A stretch of DNA of 64,000 nt, from positions 160,001-224,000 of the IMG/VR virus record IMGVR_UViG_3300045988_175328; one strand, written 5' to 3'. A program made the translations under genes and the position numbers. Below, in pieces: positions 63,371-64,000 of this stretch; position 1 is the stretch's first letter, and each line of letters starts with the position of its first letter. Source of the DNA: a virus. A model generated the notes under the pieces. That model ran no database searches and had not been told where the DNA came from. It saw only the letters and a list, made by a program, of their open reading frames with translations.

Positions 63371-63745
63371 ATGGATTACGACATATACTTTAAGAGGCCG
63401 ACTTCATCTAAAAAAGAGATGAGAGTTTCAGTGCCTCATACGTTACAGGAACCAAAGTTTTCCGATAAATGGAAAGCTTTTTGTGAGGGCCGCAAACTAG
63501 AATTTTTAAATTATCTTGAACTCGAAGAATTGTATCGTTACGTTACATTCCATGGAGTAAGAATTACACTTATCGGGCTCGATATACTACTTCTTGATCA
63601 CAAGAAATTTACGTTAATCGATGCCTACAAATTCCTATCAGAATATTTTAAGATTGATGAGTATCAGCCCGGTAAGATTTACGAAGATGATTACATTAAA
63701 AACGATAGTTGCGGAAAGGGGTGCAATCGATGCAAACCGATGTGA
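63371..63745 (+). CDS. Hypothetical protein with Cys-rich C-terminus
   Basis: '..NDSCGKGCNRCKPM'. Confidence 0.55.
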   Translation: MDYDIYFKRPTSSKKEMRVSVPHTLQEPKFSDKWKAFCEGRKLEFLNYLELEELYRYVTFHGVRITLIGLDILLLDHKKFTLIDAYKFLSEYFKIDEYQPGKIYEDDYIKNDSCGKGCNRCKPM

Positions 63746-64000
63746 TGTACAACAACATACTCACAACTCACAACATCATCGTTAAGCTGAATAATTCAGG
63801 TTATGATTACGATGAAAAAACAATCGATCTCTTAAAAGAGATTATCCTTCTTCATGTGATGAGTTATACTAGTTATAGTATTATTAACAGAGATAGCCCA
63901 CTTGAAGAAGAATCGAGTAGTTTGATTGCTACGATGAAACAGATTATCGATAAGGAGTATAATAAACCCGTGTTCGATAAAGATATGTTAGATCGTATTA
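63745..64000 (+). CDS. Hypothetical protein, 5' part, runs off window
   Basis: MYNNILTTHNIIVKLNNSGYDYDEKTIDLLKEIILLHVMSYTSYS...; ATG overlaps previous stop. Confidence 0.55.
   Translation, partial: MYNNILTTHNIIVKLNNSGYDYDEKTIDLLKEIILLHVMSYTSYSIINRDSPLEEESSSLIATMKQIIDKEYNKPVFDKDMLDRI

Overview
AT-rich, almost entirely plus-strand window that reads as part of a large bacteriophage genome. It opens in the 3' part of a DNA polymerase III alpha (DnaE-like) gene split by at least two group I introns. Next comes a tail-fibre/baseplate/lysis block (about 1.7-19.9 kb) with a 1670-aa repetitive fibre, a fibre carrying a YadA-like trimeric-autotransporter segment, a holin-like protein and an N-acetylmuramoyl-L-alanine amidase. 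A 1608-aa ORF with a DFDGD motif (candidate single-polypeptide double-psi-beta-barrel RNA polymerase) follows a structured leader. From about 25.9 to 47 kb there are many small, mostly unknown, paralogous ORFs separated by repeated structured intercistronic motifs, around a 2.3-kb non-coding repeat region. An IStron (group I intron plus TnpB) splits a small gene at 47.6-49.5 kb, and its predicted excision restores the reading frame. HU is the only supported minus-strand gene. The right part has a putative transcription attenuator (51.8-51.96 kb), MqsA-like, Panacea-like, HigA-like and DUF262-like genes, and a promoter- and terminator-bounded, highly structured ~1.3-kb non-coding RNA candidate (57.68-58.95 kb). 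All functional calls are from motif recognition by eye; no database search or folding program was run.
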